Assembly (NCBI GenBank): GCA_013239625.1
Contig: MU053504.1
Location: forward strand, 870,001-934,000
DNA: 64,000 nucleotides
Source of the DNA: Lama guanicoe
Taxonomy: Eukaryota
Reading direction: 5' to 3'
Shown here: piece after piece, positions 25,501-35,127 of the stretch
Position numbering within the stretch: the stretch's first letter is position 1
Layout of the letters: every line of letters begins with the position of its first letter
Notes under the pieces: model-generated
What the model saw: only the letters and a program-made list of their open reading frames with translations
Databases searched by the model: none
Told to the model about the DNA's origin: nothing
Made by a program: the position numbers and the translations under genes

Positions 25501-28500
25501 CCTCACCTTGTAGTCCTGTTAGAGCCTGTTCTCCAGCAGTGAAGGGCCCTGATGGGGACCCAGGCTCGCTGAAGGGTTTCAGGTAAGGTGTGTGGTGGAT
25601 GGAAGTGAGGCTCAGACAGCGGTAGGGCAGTTGGCCTCTCCCAGGCCGAAGGCTGCTTTGGGATCTGACCTTTGGCAACTCCCAGAGGTAGGGAAGCAGG
25701 AAGACCCAGCTCACTGATCTTCCTCCACAGAGGATAATGGACACCCCCCACCCCGGGGTGGGCATGGGGTTTCCTGTGGTTGGGAGGATGTGATTTCAAC
25801 CATCCCTCCCAATATCCCTGGAGGCAAACTTCTCCCCGCCACAACCCTGCAAAAACAAAGTTACATGAGAAGACTGTGTTTCTAGGTTAAATGACTCGCT
25901 TTTGTTTCTTTTCTCTTTCAGCCAAGGGCTCCACTTCTTCTACAAGGTAAGGGCGTCACTGTGCTAGGGGTGCTTTTTCAGTTACTACTTGGTGGTTGGA
26001 CAGCTCCCCCCAAAACTGCAAAGAATAATCCACACCCACTGACCCTCACCCTGTGCCGGTCAGCCTGTCCATTTCTTTCCTTTGTAAGCTCCTCGCGTCA
26101 GGTCCGTCTTTAATGACTATCTCAAGGGAGGGGTTTTCAGCACACGACGGCGCTGACTTCTTGCCTGCTGTCCATAGACACTGAGACCCTGCACGTGCCG
26201 CGCCCCCCCCCATTCCATGTTGTCTACTTTGCTCTTTCCTTCGTTCATTAAGGATTTATTGAGTGCCTTGGCACATGTGGCCCTGGGAATGCTGGGTGGG
26301 TGGGTAGAAGCACCTTGGCCCTTCTGCAGCCTGTGCCCTGGTCAGAGGCTAAGGCAATGACATCACATCGCAGGCGGTACATTAGTTTGTTGATTCATGC
26401 TCTCAGTGACTTCTGCCGAGTCCCTCCTGGGCACCAGCTCTGTTCTGAGTGCTGAGGCTACAGCAGTGAACAGGAGTCAGTCTGGGCCCTCATGAGGCTC
26501 AGACACCGGTGAGAGAAGCAGGCAGTAAGCGTGGAGGTGAAACAATACGGTGTGTCCTGTCAAGTGGTGACAAATCAAACACATCAAGGGGGTAGAGACT
26601 GGGGGTCGGGGGGCAGCAGGGGAGAGGCTTCCGCTGAAGAGGGGACATGAACAGAGACCTGAAGCTGGGGACCTGTGAGGGGGTGCGTGCTGGGTGGGAG
26701 AGCAGGTGAGGTGAAGGCTCTAGGTGGGAAGTGCCAGGAGGATCAGGGAGCAGTGGGGCAGAAGGAAAGAGGGGGAGAGAAGGGATGAGATCAGGAGGCG
26801 CAGGCCCACGGTCACTGAGCTGAAGCCCATGCAGCGGATGAGTTACTAACCCTGACTTTTCTGCCTTGGGGAACCCCCTCAGTGTGCCCCCCCAGCAGAG
26901 TAGAGGCAGTGCCCCATCATCTACCACGTGAATGTGCCTGCGTGGAAATGTGCACATCCTCACTGAGGCCAATAAATACAAACTGTAAATAGCTTCATGT
27001 GGGTTCAGGTCACGTTTTGCAACCAAATGGGTTTTTGCAAATCTTTTGATTTTGTTTTAGAGCTTTGTGGATTTCAGAATTGCAAAGCAATTCTGACTGA
27101 TGACCTGGAGTGGAAACCAGTGGTCTATGTATGACCTGTGGCTATTAGGACTCAAGAGTTTATTCCCAGTTGGATGAGGAGGCATAGGAGGGAGATGATC
27201 TGACTTTGTTTTAAAAGTATCACGCTGACCACTGTGTGGGAGCCAAGCTATAGGAGGTGAGGGTGGAGGCAGAGAGGCTAAAGAGGAGGCTGCTGTGATG
27301 GTCCAAGCAGATGATGGTGGCCTGGACCAGGGTGATGGGAAGCGCTTAGAAATGATCAGATTCTGGATATTTTTTGGAGGCAGAGCCAAGAGGATTTGCC
27401 AATGGATTGCAGGGTCAAGGACAAGCCCGAGATTAGGGGCACGGTGGTGCTATGTCCTGTGTTGGGGGCAGCAGGTGATGGGTGTAGTGATGGGGAAATG
27501 CTTGGCATGGTGGTTGCACATAGCAGGAGCATCTAACCGTCTGAGGGGCCCTGGGAAGCTCTGTGCGTCCCTCCTGCCCAGCAGTGGAGTCTGTGGTACC
27601 CATGGGAGAAAGCCCCGCTTTCTGATCTGACCTCCACAGGTGGCCTCCTTTTCTGAGCCCTGGCCAACCTGCCAGCCTCCCCATCCCCTGAACAAGCAGA
27701 GCCACCAATCCAGCCAAATCAGACTTTTCACTGCCCCCAGGGAAACGTGCCTTCACCCGTCACACTTCCCACACCGAGTACACGCTTTTCCAAAGGCAAA
27801 ACTCGACTTTGATCCTGTACCTAAAAGCCCTCAACAGCTCCCTGTGGCTCTCGAGATAGCCCAGATGCCTCCTGGGGCCCTCCAGTCCCTCGTGGTCCGG
27901 CCCTGCAGGCTTGACAGTTTCACTTCCGGTCACTCCCCCTGCTTGTGTTCCGTGACTCAGCCACGCTGCGCCCCTGCACCCCACCCCTTCCCTCTGCATC
28001 CTCGCTCTCCTCCTCGCTCTTGTGCCCTGGCCTCTCTCTCTGAGGTGCCCTCCCCACCCCTGCTCCTGTACCACCCTGGGGCTGCACAACTCCAGGGGGC
28101 GGCAGTCACAGGCCCTGAACAGCAGCTCCCCCTGCAGTTGTGCATCATGGGCGCTAGCACGGGCACCCCTCCTTTCACCTGGTTACCTCCTGCTCCTCCT
28201 TCTGGGCTCAGCGAGGGTGTTGCCTCCTCCAGGGGCAGAGGCCCCTCCTGCGAGCTCTCCTGGTGCCCCTGCATTGACACCCCAGTGTGTTCAAGCTGTC
28301 TCTGCCCTGATCCCCATAGTATAACCCAACCCTCTTGAAAGCAGAATCCACTTCCCTCACGTTCACCACTAAGAGCTGCTGAACTTGGCGCTGGGCCTGG
28401 AATGGAACAAGTGCTCAGTAAAGTTTTGTTGAATGAACAAACGAATGAGGGAATGAATGCCATCCCAGATGACCGCAGCAGTCCCCGGTCTCTAACTTCT

Positions 28501-31500
28501 CTGGATCCCCAAACCTCGCCCCGTCAGTGGCTTCACAGCCCCGAATATGGACGAATCTCTCTGTTTTGTTTTGTTTTGTTTTGTTTTTCTTGTTGTCATT
28601 ATTTTTTGCATGTCTTATCTCTTCAATTAGACAATACATTTCTGGAAGAAAAGGGCCGTGTTGGTAATAATGAGACAGCATCTGCAGCTAACATTTATTG
28701 AGCGTTCGGAGTGTTCCAGGCGCAGATCTATGCTATTTTAGCTTGTTGGTGATTTAATTATCGCAAAACCCCTATGATTTACTGTTATCCCAATTTAATT
28801 CAACAGCGGTTCTCAAACCTGCGCGTGTAGCAGAATCCCCTGGAGGGCTTGTTAAAATGCAGGTTACTGGCCCCACCCCCCAAGTTTCTGCTGCAGAATT
28901 TGTTGTTTCTGACAAGTTCTCAGGTGGTGCTGATGCTGCCGTTTCTGAGCCAGACTTTGAGAACCCCCGCCCTACAGGGATTATTGTCCCTGTGTGTGGT
29001 CAGGGACACGAGGCTCAGAGAAGTCGGGTGACCTTCCCGAGATTCCACCGCATTTACTAAGCGCTGAACTGCAACTCAGCCCCGATTTCTCTCACACTGA
29101 AGCTGAGGCTCTTCATCACTGATCCGGTGCCTCCTGCTGCCTGTTTCTCCTTCCCCAGAGAAGCCAACCGTTTTCCGCCTGTTTTTTATTTTTCCAGCCT
29201 GAGCCTACCGAGGGAGCCGTGAGATCGCTCGCTCCCTTTCATCTCTCTAAACCAAAGTCATAGCTAGTGAGTGGCAACGGCGGTTTCTCATGCAGCTGCC
29301 GGCGTCGGCTCGGCTGCCTGGGATCAGACGCTTTCCAGAGGACGTTAGTGTGGCTAACAACCCAGCACCCCGGGAGGGTGCCAGGGTGGAGATGCCACCA
29401 CTTTGAACTCAAGGGCCTGTCAGGCTGCAGGGCCGGTGAGGGGGCTGGCTATTTCCAACTCCCTGGGTTAGGAATGTTTGGGCAGAACATTGTAATCTTC
29501 TGCAGCTTAGATAGAGAAAAATGTGTCTCTGCTCCCTTAATTGGGCACCGGGGTTCATTCGATCGGCCATTTGTTCACTTGTCAGACGTTCACTGCGTTT
29601 ATTCTTGGAATGTTTAAGGCTTCCCTCACCCTTTCACTTATTCGCCTAGACTGAGCATAGCTCAGTGCCAGGCCTTAAGCTGAGGGATTACAAAGAGGAG
29701 CAAAAAAGACTCTAGGCCTGGTCTCCTGGCACTTTTGATCTGATGGGAGAGATGTTCATTCACTCATTTATTCAACAAACATTCACGGTAGGCTGATGAT
29801 GCACTGGCCCATTATGAGACGTCGGCACTCCGGTGGTGAATGAGACGGGCCAAGTCTGCCCGCGTGGAGGCTGTGGTCCATTGGGAGGCATTTACCAAAC
29901 AAGCTGGGAGGTTGATACGCAATGTGCCGCAGGTGCTGGCTAAATAAAACAAAGGCGGGCGCGGAGCAGAGCAGGGAGGGGGTGTGTTGCGCAGTCAGGG
30001 AAGGCTGTCTGAGGGGGTGGCATTTAGAATGTAGCTGAGGAATGAGAGCCTTGGGGACATCAGGGGCAAGAGTGGACCAGGCAGGGGGAAGGGCCGGCGC
30101 CAAGACCCTGAGGCAGGAGCAGCTGGACATGTTCATGGAACGTGGAGGAGCCGTGGGCAGCTGGAGTGCAGTGAGCCGGGGGAGAGAGGCGGAGGATGAG
30201 GACATTCGGCGGGCAGATCCCTTGGGCTGGGCCAGTCAGGACACGGAGATGGATTTCACTGTGTGGTGGGAAGGAGTTGAGAGTTTTAAGCAGAAAAATG
30301 ATGCGACATCACTTATGCATTTTACACGTGGAGGATGGAGTGCCAAGGGGCAGGGACAGAGACACCCGAGGGAAGGCCCTTCGGGGATCTAAAACCTGGG
30401 ATGGTGGAGATGACAGACTGGAGGGGTTTGATAGGTATTTTGGAGGCAGCGTCAGCAAGCCTTGCAGTGGGTGGTAAAGAAGGAGGAAGGAGAATCAGAG
30501 ATGATTCTCACTTCCTTAGCTCGAGCACAGCGGTGAGTAACGGAAGTGCTATTCGCTGAGACAGGAGAGACAGGAGGAGAGACAGACGTGGAAAAATGGG
30601 TAACTGCTTCTGGTCTGTGATAATTAATCTGAAAGAAAGGAGCCCAGTGTTCTGAGAAAGGAGTTTGGGGTTCAGTGGAGGTGTCCCCAAGAAAGGACTA
30701 TTTGAAACAGGCTCTGAGAGAAGAGAAGGAATGAATCAGATGAAAAGGCAAGGAGAAGTGAGTGTGCAGAGGCCCTGGGGCAGCCCGACGGGCATGCATT
30801 CCAAGTCACTTTGGACCACCTGTGCCCATGTGGTGAGGAGGCATGGCAGACAGACAGACACACAAACCAGAAGGCAAGATACGCATGGAGGTTTGAAGTT
30901 TCCATGGAGGGGCAGCCTAGCCGGCCCAGCACTGAGAGACACCTTCTCAGGAGGTGACACCATAGTTGAGTCCATAGCTGAAGGATACACAAAGGTTAAC
31001 CAAGAAGGAAAGTGGGTGAGGGGGTCATTCAAGGCTGTCCTTGACCCATAAAGTGTGTTGCACCAAGTAGCTGTTGAGAAATGTTTGGTGGGTGGGTGAG
31101 TGGGTGAATGAGGGCAGGGGAGCGGATGAGCCTGGGGAAGTCATCTGAAGCCAGACCACACAGGGCTTACGAGCAGAGCAAGGCATTGAACTTGAATCCA
31201 AGGCAGTGGGGAGCCAGAGAGGTTGGAAGCGGGAAGGGTATGGATGGAGCTGAGTGATCTTCGCCACCAGACAATGTCTCTGTTTCTGGGGCCACGTGGG
31301 ACCCGCCATGCCCCCGAACTGCTTTCTGAGCCAAATATTCATGCCAAATCCATGAATAACCCCTCTGCCAAGCCCCATTGCTCATTTCTGACATGACCCA
31401 GACTAACATCCCCAGAGTGGCCGGCTTGAGAATTTACACAGCTTCTGCAGAACCAGCAGCTCTGATTTGCTCCTCACCTTGGCTGTGACCCTACAGTGAG

Positions 31501-34500
31501 TCAAGCCACAGTCTCCAATTACAGAATCAGGTGCATGAACAGCTTCTGTGATTAACCGGAACACTTGGTCCTTCTCTTTTCTTTTTTTTAATGATAAGAC
31601 TTTGATGTATACAATATAGAACATTTAGAAAACATGGGAAACTAAAAGGAAGAAAAAATAGCACCCAAAGACCACTGCTGTGAGCATTTTACTCTGTTTC
31701 TTTCCAGCGTTATCCACACATTCTCCATAATTGAGATCATCCCACAGAGAATTTTGCTTTTTCACTTATCATTTTAATGTAATCATTCGTAATAAAGAAA
31801 AAACAACCCTCCTCGTAAACCTTTCAAATCTTTATCTACAAATCTATCCTAATTTCCTTAACCAGTCCCAATTGACAGAGCTGTAAGATGTAAACCAACT
31901 TCCCTCATCTCATTCTGTGGTAAATGCCTTTGTGCACAAAGCTTTTTCTATATTTTGAATTTCACCCCCCAGCCCCCACAAAAATGTGTGATTATGAGTC
32001 AAAAGATGAGGACACCTTCCAAGCTTTTGACTTTGCCGAGCTGCTTCCAGAAAGGCTTTTGCCGGTGGGCCCCTCCCACGGCAGTGTATGAACCTGCCAA
32101 TTTCACTGCACCTGCCCCAGCACCAAGTATTATCATTTTTATAGATCTTGACAGTAACGTAGGGTAAACAAAAAGAGGTAGTGCATTGCTGAAAAGCCGT
32201 TTGTCCAAACATTTGATAAGCAGTTGTATTTCTGTTGGGAATCGCTCATCCATGTCCTCCACCCATATAGGAAGTGGGACCTGAATGTTATTCTTATCAA
32301 TTTGCATGAGCGCTGGAGATAGTGAGGCTATTTTTATCTGTGTGTCTCTTTCCTTTTTAGGTTGCACGAGCCCGAGAAGAACACCAGAGACACAACCCAG
32401 GTACAGTCCTCAGTGAGATGCCCTTCCCGGGAAGCTGGGTGGTGTGATTTCCTTGCATCAACAGGAGTTGCAGATCCTGTTCTAAATTAAGACTCCTTCC
32501 CGGGGTGGGGTTGGGGAGGTGCTGAGGGCGGAGGATCCTTGCATTCCTGAGGTCCTTCTCCTTCCACTCCAGCCAGGAGAGCCCGGCCTGGCCCCCTTGA
32601 CTCAGTGCCAACCATGGCACAGCTCAGAGCGGGCACCATTGGCCATGTGTTCCGTGTAAACGGTGCTCCTGAGACTGAGTCAGGCTCGGTGCTCATCATG
32701 CTGCCCCGCCTCTGTGCATTCGCCAGAGCCGGTCCCTCCTCTGGGAGCACCCCTGCAGCCCTGTGCTTTCATACAGAGTAACATAGCGCCGCACTGCCTT
32801 TGCTGATGGCAGGACCCTGTGTTATTAATTACTTCGTGCAAGGGCACACTCCCTCCAGCTGGCGATTTCGCCTCGACATCTCTGAGGAGATGTCACAGGC
32901 AGCATGAATGGCCTGTTTCCGAGAACGCTGGCCCTGTCCTCACCGGCTGACACTGTCAGACCTCGGAGGCAGAGGGCTCCTCTGTGTCTTGTAACGAGAC
33001 AGCCCTGCCCTGAACCTGGAATGAGGATATGCCAGCTGTCCCTGACATTTCCCTGGCAGTTGTCATCGTCCTAGATGGAATCTGTTGAAGGAGAGTCAGG
33101 GCTGCTAAAATGCACGATGTCTGTAGGCCAGGACTCTCCTGGCCCGGCCCGGCCCAGCCCGGCCCCCAGCGGCCCTGGGCACGAGCTCAGGTGGTCATTA
33201 GAAAAACATGACCCTTTCCAGTCATGGGACAGGAAAGCCTTCTCCTCAGTCATTTTACCTTCTGGAAATTTCAAAGTCAAAGTTGTTTTTGAAACTTTCC
33301 AGGGAAAGAATGATGACCAAAGAGCTGGTCACTGAAACCTGTACAAAATCTACAGTCAGCCAGGAATTACTGAGCACCTACTATATGCCAGGGCTGGCCA
33401 GCAAACAAAGCTCTTGGGGCGCTTGTGGCCTTTGACTGGGATTCCAGTGCCGGGGCCAGCCCTGGCCCGGCAGGGAGTTTAATGCTGTCGGTGTGGGTTT
33501 CCCAGAGAGACGTGAGTGAATGAGCGAGTTCAGGACGGGCTGTGTGGTCGGACCACAGCTTGCGAGGCCAGCAGACTTCGGTTCTTTTTGAGCTGTGTGA
33601 CTGACTGATGCAATTATTTAACCTCCCTGGCTCTCAGATTCTTCATTGTAAAATGAAGTAAAAAATTCCTACCAAGCAGGGCTGTGACAGGGCTGAAGTC
33701 ACGTGATCCACGTGAGAGCAGCGCACCCGTCAGCCGTCGGGGACTGAGGTCTGCGGTTATTATTGCCCATGAAGTGGGAGTCACGGTTGTTGGTAGCTCC
33801 CCTCCACCTGTACGGCACCGGTGCCAGGCACAGAAGGAGCCGAGTGTGTAGCTCATGATGGGTAATTTCAAGGCAGCCGTTGTGGGTGATTGGACGAGCA
33901 TGTGGGAGCAGTTCAGGTTTGCCAGGAGGTAGAGGACAGCTAACACGTGCTGATCACGCGTGCACACTCGGATGAGCCAGGCTCCGCCCCGAGAGCCTGA
34001 CCTAGACCGTCTCATCCTATCCTCACGGTGACCCTGGTGATAGATGATGCTATTAGACCCACTCTACGGATGGGGAAACCAAGACCCAGACAGACTAAGT
34101 GAACTGCCCAAAGTCCCTCAGCTAGAGAGAGCAGAACCAGGATTCACACTCCGCTTCTGCCTACAGAACCTTTGCCTTCTGCTGACTGCTGGTCCCATTC
34201 CCACACACCCCTGCTCTCTGTCTCCCAGTCCCCAGCTCCACCCTGAATGGGGCTGGAGTTGCCACTTGTTCCTTCATTCCTTCATTCATTCAATGTTGGT
34301 TGGGCTTCTCCTGTGCCAGCTTTGATTTCTGCATCATGACAAATGCCTAGTGAATAGCTGTTGAATAAAGGAGTTGATAAATGAATGGCCCCACCCACTG
34401 GGGATCCGAATCTACTCAAATCACCAAGCAGTCACAGTCCGAGGCAGCAGGTGCTGAAATGGAGAAGCACAGGCTGACAGAGCACAGAGATGGACCCTGG

Positions 34501-35127
34501 ACCCAGCTGAGGGGAGGGGCTTAGGATGAAATCTACAGGGTGGATTGGGTTTCCTTACAAGGAAGAAGAGGGATGGACACTCTTGGCACAGGGAAGAGCG
34601 TGGGGAAGGGCGTCAAGGAACTGCAGGAGGCGGTGACACTGAGGCAGGGCAAGGGACCATCCTGATGTTGAGGAAGAGCCTTCAGGCTGTGTGAGGAGGA
34701 GGCTAATTGGAAGGGCCAGGCTGGAGACAAAGTAACCTTGGCCAGAGAAGAGGGGGCATGAGTCAGGGCTGAGCCAGTAGAGGCCCAAACCAGACAGAAG
34801 CATCCAGAGGGGGACCGATGGGCAAGTGGGAGGCTGGGGGCTCCAGAATGACCTTCTCTCCATCTCATTTAGATCCAGGACAACAATGACATCACCTATG
34901 CTGACCTGAATCTGCCCAAGGGGAGGAAGTCCACCCCGCAGGTCGATGAACCCAATAACCACACGGAGTATGCCAGCATTCAGGCCCGCCCGCCGCCTGT
35001 GTCCGAGGACACCCTCACCTATGCCGACCTGGACATGGTCCACCTCAACCGGGCCCCCAAGCAGCCAGCCCCCAAGCCAGAGCCATCCTACTCGGAGTAT
35101 GCCAGTGTCCAGGTCCAGAGGAAGTGA
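13234..35127 (+). CDS. SIRPA: Signal-regulatory protein alpha (SHPS-1/CD172a), 5'-partial multi-exon CDS: join(13234..13587,19818..20138,20704..21030,22787..22897,25922..25946,32361..32400,34873..35127)
   Basis: The seven exons total 1433 nt and splice in frame with GT-AG junctions. They encode IgV-IgC1-IgC1, an uncharged TM and a tail with ITYADL, TEYASI, LTYADL and SEYASV motifs, ending VQVQRK*. This gives ~477 aa plus the missing leader exon, matching the ~500 aa mammalian SIRPA architecture. Confidence 0.97.
18320..18421 (-). mobile_element. tRNA-derived SINE, Vic-1-like, antisense
   Basis: Poly-T, then ctggggattgaacccaagacctcatgc...ccactgagctatacccctctccc (reverse complement of the B and A boxes). 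Degenerate TSD acgctcac / accctcac. Confidence 0.85.
18844..19391 (+). repeat. Tandem duplication, 2 x 274 bp
   Basis: tgcaaccccaggaaggacaaggcctgc starts at 18844 and at 19118, and both units end gggaatttacctggcaga. About 12 substitutions counted by eye. Confidence 0.95.
19555..19728 (+). mobile_element. tRNA-derived SINE, Vic-1-like, with 17-bp TSD, inserted in a MIR
   Basis: A box tagcttagtggtagagc, B box gggttcaatcc and an A-rich tail. TSD atatgtaaacgttctta (19538-19554) / atatgtgaacgttctta (19729-19745). Confidence 0.9.
19818..20138 (+). CDS. SIRPA: SIRPA first IgC1 domain exon, phase 1-1, 321 nt
   Basis: Acceptor ccttttgtag|CC and donor CGAG|gtagat. Translation (A)[39 protein letters not shown]...[25 protein letters not shown]. 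Confidence 0.96.
20704..21030 (+). CDS. SIRPA: SIRPA second IgC1 domain exon, phase 1-1, 327 nt
   Basis: Acceptor ctgtttcag|TT and donor CCTG|gtgagg. Translation (V)[42 protein letters not shown]...[32 protein letters not shown]. Confidence 0.96.
22787..22897 (+). CDS. SIRPA: SIRPA transmembrane exon, 111 nt
   Basis: Acceptor gtcctag|AC and donor AAAG|gtaagt. Translation (D)[36 protein letters not shown]. There is no intramembrane Lys, which fits the inhibitory SIRPA type rather than DAP12-coupled SIRPB1. Confidence 0.95.
24600..24790. mobile_element. MIR fragment (representative; similar MIR cores near 1290, 1950, 12360, 16190, 33600, 34050, 38100, 38350, 49250, 52700)
   Basis: MIR core cccacttcacagatgagaaaactgaggca ... 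ggattcaaacc. Confidence 0.65.
25922..25946 (+). CDS. SIRPA: SIRPA 25-nt cytoplasmic exon (AKGSTSSTR)
   Basis: Long pyrimidine tract ttttgtttcttttctctttcag|CCAAGGGCTCCACTTCTTCTACAAG|gtaagg. The peptide matches the known SIRPA AxGSTSSTR segment. Confidence 0.94.
26380..27420 (-). mobile_element. LINE-2 fragments
   Basis: Degenerate L2 signatures: ccagctctgttctgagtgctg, atgatctgactttgttttaaaag, gatgatggtggcctggaccagg, cagattctggatatttt. Confidence 0.55.
28804..28969. mobile_element. MER5A-like hAT (Charlie) MITE
   Basis: Terminal inverted repeats cagcggttctcaaa ... tttgagaacccc, with internal cagaatcccctggagggcttgttaaaatgcag and tctgacaagttctcaggtggtgctgatgctg. Confidence 0.8.
29198..29218 (+). 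other. Candidate 21-nt in-frame alternative microexon of SIRPA (adds SLSLPREP in place of R)
   Basis: gttttttatttttccag|CCTGAGCCTACCGAGGGAGCC|gtgaga. The length is a multiple of 3, there is no stop in the phase-2 frame, and it lies in non-repeat CpG-retaining sequence. No transcript evidence is available. Confidence 0.5.
32361..32400 (+). CDS. SIRPA: SIRPA 40-nt cytoplasmic exon ([14 protein letters not shown])
   Basis: ttcctttttag|GTTGCACGAGCCCGAGAAGAAC...ACCCAG|gtacag. Matches the SIRPA LHEPEKN segment; phase 2 to 0. Confidence 0.94.
34873..35127 (+). CDS. SIRPA: SIRPA terminal coding exon with ITIM/ITSM motifs
   Basis: ctcatttag|ATCCAGGAC... gives [84 protein letters not shown], with stop TGA at 35125-35127. 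Confidence 0.96.
   Translation: MQDNNDITYADLNLPKGRKSTPQVDEPNNHTEYASIQARPPPVSEDTLTYADLDMVHLNRAPKQPAPKPEPSYSEYASVQVQRK

Noticed and set aside
25881..25921. Upstream AG (tttctag|gttaa) 36 nt before the 25-nt exon that would give KKG* (tail-less receptor)
   Set aside because: Its pyrimidine tract is weak compared with the true acceptor and it overlaps the probable branch-point region. There is no further support.
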